Source: Auanema rhodensis (taxonomy: Eukaryota > Animalia > Nematoda). Taken from it: DNA of 64,000 nt. Under the pieces are notes generated by a model. The model was not told the DNA's origin. It did no database searches and was given only the letters and a program-made list of their open reading frames with translations. Made by a program: the position numbers and the translations under genes. The stretch's first letter is position 1, and each line of letters begins with the position of its first letter. Positions 1 to 12,400 of this stretch are shown here, in pieces. The stretch lies in assembly GCA_964057225.1 (NCBI GenBank), contig OZ059900.1, forward strand, positions 19,282,001 through 19,346,000, written 5' to 3'.

Positions 1-370
1 TCATGGGAAATACTGTGTTTTTGTATTTTTCTAGTGTTCAGCATGTAAAATGCTTCATTTTAGTATGTAACACGCTGAAATTAGTTGCATTTGACGACTC
101 ATATGAACAAAAATCGATTTAATCAATATTAGCCATAAGGGGCGTGCCCTCAGAATATGCTAATTTCCTTAATTTTCTAACCCCTGTTTTTTTGTCGTGA
201 AAGTGGAACTAGACGTTGTACGAACAATTTTGAGCTAGGTTTCATTGACATTGCATGAGTTTGAACACATGAAATCGTAAGTCAAAACCTTGTTTACAGC
301 GAAATTTCCAAAAACTGGTTTTCCAGCATAATAAAATATTTCTCATGGGAAATACTGTGTTTTTGTATTT
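1..370 (-). repeat. Satellite block A, reverse orientation (about 1 monomer visible, truncated by window start)
   Basis: Reads as the reverse complement of the monomer (e.g. GAGCTAGGTTTCATTGAC near 232-249) up to ...TTTTGTATTT at 370. Confidence 0.98.
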
Positions 371-488
371 CAGCGTGTTACATACTAAAATGAAGCATTT
401 TACATGCTGAACACTAGAAAAATACAAAAACACAGTATTTCCCATGAGAAATATTTTATTATGCTGGAAAACCAGTTTTTGGAAATTT
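302..488. other. Orientation switch J1 (reverse to forward): inverted repeat with 69-bp perfect arms (302-370 / 420-488) and 49-bp spacer
   Basis: ...GTTTTTGT-ATTT-CAGCGTG...: ATTT (367-370) belongs to both orientations (4-bp microhomology). Positions summing to 790 are complementary out to the deletion at 488/489. Confidence 0.96.
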
Positions 489-3400
489 GAAACCTAGCTC
501 AAAATTGTTCCTACAACGTCTAGTTCCACTTTAACGACAACAATACAGGGGTTAGAAAATTAAGGAAATTAGCATATTCTGAGGGCACGCCCCTTATGGC
601 TAATATTGATTAAATCGATTTTTGTTCATATGAGTCGTCAAATGCAACGAATTTCAGCGTGTTACATACTAAAATGAAGCATTTCACATGCTGAACACTA
701 GAAAAATACAAAAACACAGTATTTCCCATGAGAAATATTTTATTATGCTGGAAAACCAGTTTTTGGAAAGTTCGCTGTAAACAAGGTTTTGACTTACGAT
801 TTCATGTGTTCAAACTCATGCAATGTCAATGAAACCTAGCTCAAAATTGTTCGTACAACGTCTAGTTCCACTTTCACGACAAAAAAACAGGGGTTAGAAA
901 ATTAAGGAAATTAGCATATTCTGAGGGCACGCCCCTTATGGCTAATATTGATTAAATCGATTTTTGTTCATATGAGTCGTCAAATGCAATTAATTTCAGC
1001 GTGTTACATACTAAAATGAAGCATTTTACATGCTGAACACTAAAAAAATACAAAAACACAGTATTTCCCATGAGAAATATTTTATTATGCTGGAAAACCA
1101 GTTTTTGGAAATTTCGCTGTAAACAAGGTTTTGACTTACGATTTCATGTGTTCAAACTCATGCAATGTCAATGAAACCTAGCTCAAAATTGTTCCTACAA
1201 CGTCTAGTTCCACTTTCACGACAAAAAAACAGGGGTTAGAAAATTAAGGAAATTAGCATATTCTGAGGGCACGCCCCTTATGGCTAATATTGATTAAATC
1301 GATTTTTGTTCATATGAGTCGTCAAATGCAACGAATTTCAGCGTGTTACATACTAAAATGAAGCATTTTACATGCTGAACACTAGAAAAATACAAAAACA
1401 CAGTATTTCCCATGAGAAATATTTTATTATGCTGGAAAACCAGTTTTTGGAAATTTCGCTGTAAACAAGGTTTTGACTTACGATTTCATGTGTTCAAACT
1501 CATGCAATGTCAATGAAACCTAGCTCAAAATTGTTCCTACAACGTCTAGTTCCACTTTCACGACAACAAAACAGGGGTTAGAAAATTAAGGAAATTAGCA
1601 TATTCTGAGGGCACGCCCCTTATGGCTAATATTGATTAAATCGATTTTTGTTCATATGAGTCGTCAAATGCAACGAATTTCAGCGTGTTACATACTAAAA
1701 TGAAGCATTTCACATGCTGAACACTGAAAAAATACAAAAACACAGTATTTCCCATGAGAAATATTTTATTATGCTGGAAAACCAGTTTTTGGAAATTTCG
1801 CTGTAAACAAGGTTTTGACTTACGATTTCATGTGTTCAAACTCATGCAATGTCAATGAAACCTAGCTCAAAATTGTTCCTACAACGTCTAGTTCCACTTT
1901 CACGACAACAAAACAGGGGTTAGAAAATTAAGGAAATTAGCATATTCTGAGGGCACGCCCCTTATGGCTAATATTGATTAAATCGATTTTTGTTCATATG
2001 AGTCGTCAAATGCAACGAATTTCAGCGTGTTACATACTAAAATGAAGTATTTTACATGCTGAACACTAGAAAAATACAAAAACACAGTATTTCCCATAAG
2101 AAATATTTTATTATGCTGGAAAACCAGTTTTTGGAAAGTTCGCTGTAAACAAGGTTTTGACTTACGATTTCATGTGTTCAAACTCATGCAATGTCAATGA
2201 AACCTAGCTCAAAATTGTTCGTACAACGTCTAGTTCCACTTTCACGACAAAAAAACAGGGGTTAGAAAATTAAGGAAATTAGCATATTCTGAGGGCACGC
2301 CCCTTATGGCTAATATTGATTAAATCGATTTTTGTTCATATGAGTCGTCAAATGCAATTAATTTCAGCGTGTTACATACTAAAATGAAGCATTTTACATG
2401 CTGAACACTAAAAAAATACAAAAACACAGTATTTCCCATGAGAAATATTTTATTATGCTGGAAAACCAGTTTTTGGAAATTTCGCTGTAAACAAGGTTTT
2501 GACTTACGATTTCATGTGTTCAAACTCATGCAATGTCAATGAAACCTAGCTCAAAATTGTTCCTACAACGTCTAGTTCCACTTTCACGACAAAAAAACAG
2601 GGGTTAGAAAATTAAGGAAATTAGCATATTCTGAGGGCACGCCCCTTATGGCTAATATTGATTAAATCGATTTTTGTTCATATGAGTCGTCAAATGAAAC
2701 GAATTTCAGCGTGTTACATACTAAAATGAAGCATTTTACATGCTGAACACTAGAAAAATACAAAAACACAGTATTTCCCATGAGAAATATTTTATTATGC
2801 TGGAAAACCAGTTTTTGGAAATTTCGCTGTAAACAAGGTTTTGACTTACGATTTCATGTGTTCAAACTCATGCAATGTCAATGAAACCTAGCTCAAAATT
2901 GTTCCTACAACGTCTAGTTCCACTTTCACGACAACAAAACAGGGGTTAGAAAATTAAGGAAATTAGCATATTCTGAGGGCACGCCCCTTATGGCTAATAT
3001 TGATTAAATCGATTTTTGTTCATATGAGTCGTCAAATGCAACGAATTTCAGCGTGTTACATACTAAAATGAAGCATTTCACATGCTGAACACTGAAAAAA
3101 TACAAAAACACAGTATTTCCCATGAGAAATATTTTATTATGCTGGAAAACCAGTTTTTGGAAATTTCGCTGTAAACAAGGTTTTGACTTACGATTTCATG
3201 TGTTCAAACTCATGCAATGTCAATGAAACCTAGCTCAAAATTGTTCCTACAACGTCTAGTTCCACTTTCACGACAAAAAAACAGGGGTTAGAAAATTAAG
3301 GAAATTAGCATATTCTGAGGGCACGCCTCTTATGGCTAATATTGATTAAATCGATTTTTGTTCATATGAGTCGTCAAATGCAACGAATTTCAGCGTGTTA

Positions 3401-6400
3401 CATACTAAAATGAAGCATTTTACATGCTGAACACTATAAAAATACAAAAACACAGTATTTCCCATGAGAAATATTTTATTATGCTGGAAAACCAGTTTTT
3501 GGAAATTTCGCTGTAAACAAGGTTTTGACTTACGATTTCATGTGTTCAAACTCATGCAATGTCAATGAAACCTAGCTCAAAATTGTTCCTACAACGTCTA
3601 GTTCCACTTTCACGACAACAAAACAGGGGTTAGAAAATTAAGGAAATTAGCATATTCTGAGGGCACGCCCCTTATGGCTAATATTGATTAAATCGATTTT
3701 TGTTCATATGAGTCGTCAAATGCAACGAATTTCAGCGTGTTACATACTAAAATGAAGCATTTCACATGCTGAACACTAGAAAAATACAAAAACACAGTAT
3801 TTCCCATGAGAAATATTTTATTATGCTGGAAAACCAGTTTTTGGAAATTTCGCTGTAAACAAGGTTTTGACTTACGATTTCATGTGTTCAAACTCATGCA
3901 ATGTCAATAAAACCTAGCTCAAAATTGTTCGTACAACGTCTAGTTCCACTTTCACGACAAAAAAACAGGGGTTAGAAAATTAAGGAAATTAGCATATTCT
4001 GAGGGCACGCCCCTTATGGCTAATATTGATTAAATCGATTTTTGTTCATATGAGTCGTCAAATGCAACGAATTTCAGCGTGTTACATACTAAAATGAAGC
4101 ATTTCACATGCTGAACACTAGAAAAATACAAAAACACAGTATTTCCCATGAGAAATATTTTATTATGCTGGAAAACCAGTTTTTGGAAATTTCGCTGTAA
4201 ACAAGGTTTTGACTTACGATTTCATGTGTTCAAACTCATGCAATGTCAATGAAACCTAGCTCACAATTGTTCGTACAACGTCTAGTTCCACTTTCACGAC
4301 AAAAAAACAGGGGTTAGAAAATTAAGGAAATTAGCATATTCTGAGGGCACGCCCCTTATGGCTAATATTGATTAAATCGATTTTTGTTCATATGAGTCGT
4401 CAAATGCAATTAATTTCAGCGTGTTACATACTAAAATGAAGCATTTTACATGCTGAACACTAAAAAAATACAAAAACACAGTATTTCCCATGAGAAATAT
4501 TTTATTATGCTGGAAAACGAGTTTTTGGAAATTTCGCTGTAAACAAGGTTTTGACTTACGATTTCATGTGTTCAAACTCATGCAATGTCAATGAAACCTA
4601 GCTCAAAATTGTTCCTACAACGTCTAGTTCCACTTTCACGACAAAAAAACAGGGGTTAGAAAATTAAGGAAATTAGCATATTCTGAGGGCACGCCCTTTA
4701 TGGCTAATATTGATTAAATCGATTTTTGTTCATATGAGTCGTCAAATGCAACGAATTTCAGCGTGTTACATACTAAAATGAAACATTTTACATGCTGAAC
4801 ACTATAAAAATACAAAAACACAGTATTTCCCATGAGAAATATTTTATTATGCTGGAAAACCAGTTTTTGGAAATTTCGCTGTAAACAAGGTTTTGACTTA
4901 CGATTTCATGTGTTCAAACTCATGCAATGTCAATGAAACCTAGCTCAAAATTGTTCGTACAACGTCTAGTTCCACTTTCACGACAAAAAAACAGGGGTTA
5001 GAAAATTAAGGAAATTAGCATATTCTGAGGGCACGCCCCTTATGGCTAATATTGATTAAATCGATTTTTGTTCATATGAGTCGTCAAATGCAACGAATTT
5101 CAGCGTGTTACATACTAAAATGAAGCATTTTACATGCTGAACACTAGAAAAATACAAAAACACAGTATTTCTCATGAGAAATATTTTATTATGCTGGAAA
5201 ACCAGTTTTTGGAAATTTCGCTGTAAACAAGGTTTTGACTTACGATTTCATGTGTTCAAACTCATGCAATGTCAATAAAACCTAGCTCAAAATTGTTCGT
5301 ACAACGTCTAGTTTCACTTTCACGACAAAAAAACAGGGGTTAGAAAATTAAGGAAATTAGCATATTCTGAGGGCACGCCCCTTATGGCTAATATTGATTA
5401 AATCGATTTTTGTTCATATGAGTCGTCAAATGCAACGAATTTCAGCGTGTTACATACTAAAATGAAGCATTTTACATGCTGAACACTATAAAAATACAAA
5501 AACACAGTATTTCCCATGAGAAATATTTTATTATGCTGGAAAACCAGTTTTTGGAAATTTCGCTGTAAACAAGGTTTTGACTTACGATTTCATGTGTTCA
5601 AACTCATGCAATGTCAATGAAACCTAGCTCAAAATTGTTCCTACAACGTCTAGTTCCACTTTCACGACAAAAAACAGGGGTTAGAAAATTAAGGAAATTA
5701 GCATATTCTGAGGGCACGCCCCTTATGGCTAATATTGATTAAATCGATTTTTGTTCATATGAGTCGTCAAATGCAACGAATTTCAGCGTGTTACATACTA
5801 AAATGAAGCATTTTACATGCTGAACACTAGAAAAATACAAAAACACAGTATTTCCCATGAGAAATATTTTATTATGCTGGAAAACCAGTTTTTGGAAATT
5901 TCGCTGTAAACAAGGTTTTGACTTACGATTTCATGTGTTCAAACTCATGCAATGTCAATGAAACCTAGCTCAAAATTGTTCCTACAACGTCTAGTTCCAC
6001 TTTCACGACAACAAAACAGGGGTTAGAAAATTAAGGAAATTAGCATATTCTGAGGGCACGCCCCTTATGGCTAATATTGATTAAATCGATTTTTGTTCAT
6101 ATGAGTCGTCAAATGCAACGAATTTCAGCGTGTTACATACTAAAATGAAGCATTTCACATGCTGAACACTAGAAAAATACAAAAACACAGTATTTCCCAT
6201 GAGAAATATTTTATTATGCTGGAAAACCAGTTTTTGGAAATTTCGCTGTAAACAAGGTTTTGACTTACGATTTCATGTGTTCAAACTCATGCAATGTCAA
6301 TGAAACCTAGCTCAAAATTGTTCCTACAACGTCTAGTTCCACTTTCACGACAACAAAACAGGGGTTAGAAAATTAAGGAAATTAGCATATTCTGAGGGCA

Positions 6401-9400
6401 CGCCCCTTATGGCTAATATTGATTAAATCGATTTTTGTTCATATGAGTCGTCAAATGCAACGAATTTCAGCGTGTTACATACTAAAATGAAGCATTTCAC
6501 ATGCTGAACACTAGAAAAATACAAAAACACAGTATTTCCCATGAGAAATATTTTATTATGCTGGAAAACCAGTTTTTGGAAATTTCGCTGTAAACAAGGT
6601 TTTGACTTACGATTTCATGTGTTCAAACTCATGCAATGTCAATAAAACCTAGCTCAAAATTGTTCGTACAACGTCTAGTTCCACTTTCACGACAAAAAAA
6701 CAGGGGTTAGAAAATTAAGGAAATTAGCATATTCTGAGGGCACGCCCCTTATGGCTAATATTGATTAAATCGATTTTTGTTCATATGAGTCGTCAAATGC
6801 AACGAATTTCAGCGTGTTACATACTAAAATGAAGCATTTCACATGCTGAACACTAGAAAAATACAAAAACACAGTATTTCCCATGAGAAATATTTTATTA
6901 TGCTGGAAAACCAGTTTTTGGAAATTTCGCTGTAAACAAGGTTTTGACTTACGATTTCATGTGTTCAAACTCATGCAATGTCAATGAAACCTAGCTCAAA
7001 ATTGTTCGTACAACGTCTAGTTCCACTTTCACGACAAAAAAACAGGGGTTAGAAAATTAAGGAAATTAGCATATTCTGAGGGCACGCCCCTTATGGCTAA
7101 TATTGATTAAATCGATTTTTGTTCATATGAGTCGTCAAATGCAATTAATTTCAGCGTGTTACATACTAAAATGAAGCATTTTACATGCTGAACACTAAAA
7201 AAATACAAAAACACAGTATTTCCCATGAGAAATATTTTATTATGCTGGAAAACGAGTTTTTGGAAATTTCGCTGTAAACAAGGTTTTGACTTACGATTTC
7301 ATGTGTTCAAACTCATGCAATGTCAATGAAACCTAGCTCAAAATTGTTCCTACAACGTCTAGTTCCACTTTCACGACAAAAAAACAGGGGTTAGAAAATT
7401 AAGGAAATTAGCATATTCTGAGGGCACGCCCCTTATGGCTAATATTGATTAAATCGATTTTTGTTCATATGAGTCGTCAAATGCAACGAATTTCAGCGTG
7501 TTACATACTAAAATGAAGCATTTCACATGCTGAACACTAGAAAAATACAAAAACACAGTATTTCCCATGAGAAATATTTTATTATGCTGGAAAACCAGTT
7601 TTTGGAAATTTCGCTGTAAACAAGGTTTTGACTTACGATTTCATGTGTTCAAACTCATGCAATGTCAATAAAACCTAGCTCAAAATTGTTCGTACAACGT
7701 CTAGTTCCACTTTCACGACAAAAAAACAGGGGTTAGAAAATTAAGGAAATTAGCATATTCTGAGGGCACGCCCCTTATGGCTAATATTGATTAAATCGAT
7801 TTTTGTTCATATGAGTCGTCAAATGCAACGAATTTCAGCGTGTTACATACTAAAATGAAGCATTTCACATGCTGAACACTAGAAAAATACAAAAACACAG
7901 TATTTCCCATGAGAAATATTTTATTATGCTGGAAAACCAGTTTTTGGAAATTTCGCTGTAAACAAGGTTTTGACTTACGATTTCATGTGTTCAAACTCAT
8001 GCAATGTCAATGAAACCTAGCTCACAATTGTTCGTACAACGTCTAGTTCCACTTTCACGACAAAAAAACAGGGGTTAGAAAATTAAGGAAATTAGCATAT
8101 TCTGAGGGCACGCCCCTTATGGCTAATATTGATTAAATCGATTTTTGTTCATATGAGTCGTCAAATGCAATTAATTTCAGCGTGTTACATACTAAAATGA
8201 AGCATTTTACATGCTGAACACTAAAAAAATACAAAAACACAGTATTTCCCATGAGAAATATTTTATTATGCTGGAAAACGAGTTTTTGGAAATTTCGCTG
8301 TAAACAAGGTTTTGACTTACGATTTCATGTGTTCAAACTCATGCAATGTCAATGAAACCTAGCTCAAAATTGTTCCTACAACGTCTAGTTCCACTTTCAC
8401 GACAAAAAAACAGGGGTTAGAAAATTAAGGAAATTAGCATATTCTGAGGGCACGCCCTTTATGGCTAATATTGATTAAATCGATTTTTGTTCATATGAGT
8501 CGTCAAATGCAACGAATTTCAGCGTGTTACATACTAAAATGAAACATTTTACATGCTGAACACTATAAAAATACAAAAACACAGTATTTCCCATGAGAAA
8601 TATTTTATTATGCTGGAAAACCAGTTTTTGGAAATTTCGCTGTAAACAAGGTTTTGACTTACGATTTCATGTGTTCAAACTCATGCAATGTCAATGAAAC
8701 CTAGCTCAAAATTGTTCGTACAACGTCTAGTTCCACTTTCACGACAAAAAAACAGGGGTTAGAAAATTAAGGAAATTAGCATATTCTGAGGGCACGCCCC
8801 TTATGGCTAATATTGATTAAATCGATTTTTGTTCATATGAGTCGTCAAATGCAACGAATTTCAGCGTGTTACATACTAAAATGAAGCATTTTACATGCTG
8901 AACACTAGAAAAATACAAAAACACAGTATTTCTCATGAGAAATATTTTATTATGCTGGAAAACCAGTTTTTGGAAATTTCGCTGTAAACAAGGTTTTGAC
9001 TTACGATTTCATGTGTTCAAACTCATGCAATGTCAATAAAACCTAGCTCAAAATTGTTCGTACAACGTCTAGTTCCACTTTCACGACAAAAAAACAGGGG
9101 TTAGAAAATTAAGGAAATTAGCATATTCTGAGGGCACGCCCCTTATGGCTAATATTGATTAAATCGATTTTTGTTCATATGAGTCGTCAAATGCAACGAA
9201 TTTCAGCGTGTTACATACTAAAATGAAGCATTTTACATGCTGAACACTATAAAAATACAAAAACACAGTATTTCCCATGAGAAATATTTTATTATGCTGG
9301 AAAACCAGTTTTTGGAAATTTCGCTGTAAACAAGGTTTTGACTTACGATTTCATGTGTTCAAACTCATGCAATGTCAATGAAACCTAGCTCAAAATTGTT

Positions 9401-12400
9401 CCTACAACGTCTAGTTCCACTTTCACGACAAAAAACAGGGGTTAGAAAATTAAGGAAATTAGCATATTCTGAGGGCACGCCCCTTATGGCTAATATTGAT
9501 TAAATCGATTTTTGTTCATATGAGTCGTCAAATGCAACGAATTTCAGCGTGTTACATACTAAAATGAAGCATTTTACATGCTGAACACTAGAAAAATACA
9601 AAAACACAGTATTTCCCATGAGAAATATTTTATTATGCTGGAAAACCAGTTTTTGGAAATTTCGCTGTAAACAAGGTTTTGACTTACGATTTCATGTGTT
9701 CAAACTCATGCAATGTCAATGAAACCTAGCTCAAAATTGTTCCTACAACGTCTAGTTCCACTTTCACGACAACAAAACAGGGGTTAGAAAATTAAGGAAA
9801 TTAGCATATTCTGAGGGCACGCCCCTTATGGCTAATATTGATTAAATCGATTTTTGTTCATATGAGTCGTCAAATGCAACGAATTTCAGCGTGTTACATA
9901 CTAAAATGAAGCATTTCACATGCTGAACACTAGAAAAATACAAAAACACAGTATTTCCCATGAGAAATATTTTATTATGCTGGAAAACCAGTTTTTGGAA
10001 ATTTCGCTGTAAACAAGGTTTTGACTTACGATTTCATGTGTTCAAACTCATGCAATGTCAATGAAACCTAGCTCAAAATTGTTCCTACAACGTCTAGTTC
10101 CACTTTCACGACAACAAAACAGGGGTTAGAAAATTAAGGAAATTAGCATATTCTGAGGGCACGCCCCTTATGGCTAATATTGATTAAATCGATTTTTGTT
10201 CATATGAGTCGTCAAATGCAACGAATTTCAGCGTGTTACATACTAAAATGAAGCATTTCACATGCTGAACACTAGAAAAATACAAAAACACAGTATTTCC
10301 CATGAGAAATATTTTATTATGCTGGAAAACCAGTTTTTGGAAATTTCGCTGTAAACAAGGTTTTGACTTACGATTTCATGTGTTCAAACTCATGCAATGT
10401 CAATAAAACCTAGCTCAAAATTGTTCGTACAACGTCTAGTTCCACTTTCACGACAAAAAAACAGGGGTTAGAAAATTAAGGAAATTAGCATATTCTGAGG
10501 GCACGCCCCTTATGGCTAATATTGATTAAATCGATTTTTGTTCATATGAGTCGTCAAATGCAACGAATTTCAGCGTGTTACATACTAAAATGAAGCATTT
10601 TACATGCTGAACACTAGAAAAATACAAAAACACAGTATTTCTCATGAGAAATATTTTATTATGCTGGAAAACCAGTTTTTGGAAATTTCGCTGTAAACAA
10701 GGTTTTGACTTACGATTTCATGTGTTCAAACTCATGCAATGTCAATAAAACCTAGCTCAAAATTGTTCGTACAACGTCTAGTTCCACTTTCACGACAAAA
10801 AAACAGGGGTTAGAAAATTAAGGAAATTAGCATATTCTGAGGGCACGCCCCTTATGGCTAATATTGATTAAATCGATTTTTGTTCATATGAGTCGTCAAA
10901 TGCAACGAATTTCAGCGTGTTACATACTAAAATGAAGCATTTTACATGCTGAACACTATAAAAATACAAAAACACAGTATTTCCCATGAGAAATATTTTA
11001 TTATGCTGGAAAACCAGTTTTTGGAAATTTCGCTGTAAACAAGGTTTTGACTTACGATTTCATGTGTTCAAACTCATGCAATGTCAATGAAACCTAGCTC
11101 AAAATTGTTCCTACAACGTCTAGTTCCACTTTCACGACAAAAAACAGGGGTTAGAAAATTAAGGAAATTAGCATATTCTGAGGGCACGCCCCTTATGGCT
11201 AATATTGATTAAATCGATTTTTGTTCATATGAGTCGTCAAATGCAACGAATTTCAGCGTGTTACATACTAAAATGAAGCATTTTACATGCTGAACACTAG
11301 AAAAATACAAAAACACAGTATTTCCCATGAGAAATATTTTATTATGCTGGAAAACCAGTTTTTGGAAATTTCGCTGTAAACAAGGTTTTGACTTACGATT
11401 TCATGTGTTCAAACTCATGCAATGTCAATGAAACCTAGCTCAAAATTGTTCCTACAACGTCTAGTTCCACTTTCACGACAACAAAACAGGGGTTAGAAAA
11501 TTAAGGAAATTAGCATATTCTGAGGGCACGCCCCTTATGGCTAATATTGATTAAATCGATTTTTGTTCATATGAGTCGTCAAATGCAACGAATTTCAGCG
11601 TGTTACATACTAAAATGAAGCATTTCACATGCTGAACACTAGAAAAATACAAAAACACAGTATTTCCCATGAGAAATATTTTATTATGCTGGAAAACCAG
11701 TTTTTGGAAATTTCGCTGTAAACAAGGTTTTGACTTACGATTTCATGTGTTCAAACTCATGCAATGTCAATGAAACCTAGCTCAAAATTGTTCCTACAAC
11801 GTCTAGTTCCACTTTCACGACAACAAAACAGGGGTTAGAAAATTAAGGAAATTAGCATATTCTGAGGGCACGCCCCTTATGGCTAATATTGATTAAATCG
11901 ATTTTTGTTCATATGAGTCGTCAAATGCAACGAATTTCAGCGTGTTACATACTAAAATGAAGCATTTCACATGCTGAACACTAGAAAAATACAAAAACAC
12001 AGTATTTCCCATGAGAAATATTTTATTATGCTGGAAAACCAGTTTTTGGAAATTTCGCTGTAAACAAGGTTTTGACTTACGATTTCATGTGTTCAAACTC
12101 ATGCAATGTCAATAAAACCTAGCTCAAAATTGTTCGTACAACGTCTAGTTCCACTTTCACGACAAAAAAACAGGGGTTAGAAAATTAAGGAAATTAGCAT
12201 ATTCTGAGGGCACGCCCTTATGGCTAATATTGATTAAATCGATTTTTGTTCATATGAGTCGTCAAATGCAACGAATTTCAGCGTGTTACATACTAAAATG
12301 AAACATTTTACATGCTGAACACTATAAAAATACAAAAACACAGTATTTCCCATGAGAAATATTTTATTATGCTGGAAAACCAGTTTTTGGAAATTTCGCT

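Noticed and set aside
242-445. 67-aa ORF on the minus strand (MGNTVFLYF...)
   Set aside because: Chimeric frame created by reading through inversion junction J1; the repeated NTVF comes from the palindrome. No recognisable domain or gene context.
302-488. MITE or foldback transposon at J1/J3
   Set aside because: Arms and spacer consist entirely of satellite sequence, with no foreign DNA or target-site duplication.
831-1172. Assignment to primate alpha satellite dimer, 5S rDNA, tRNA/snRNA array or a named beetle satellite
   Set aside because: The length is suggestive but I recognise no sequence similarity, Pol III boxes or RNA fold. A BLASTN/Dfam/Rfam search would be needed.
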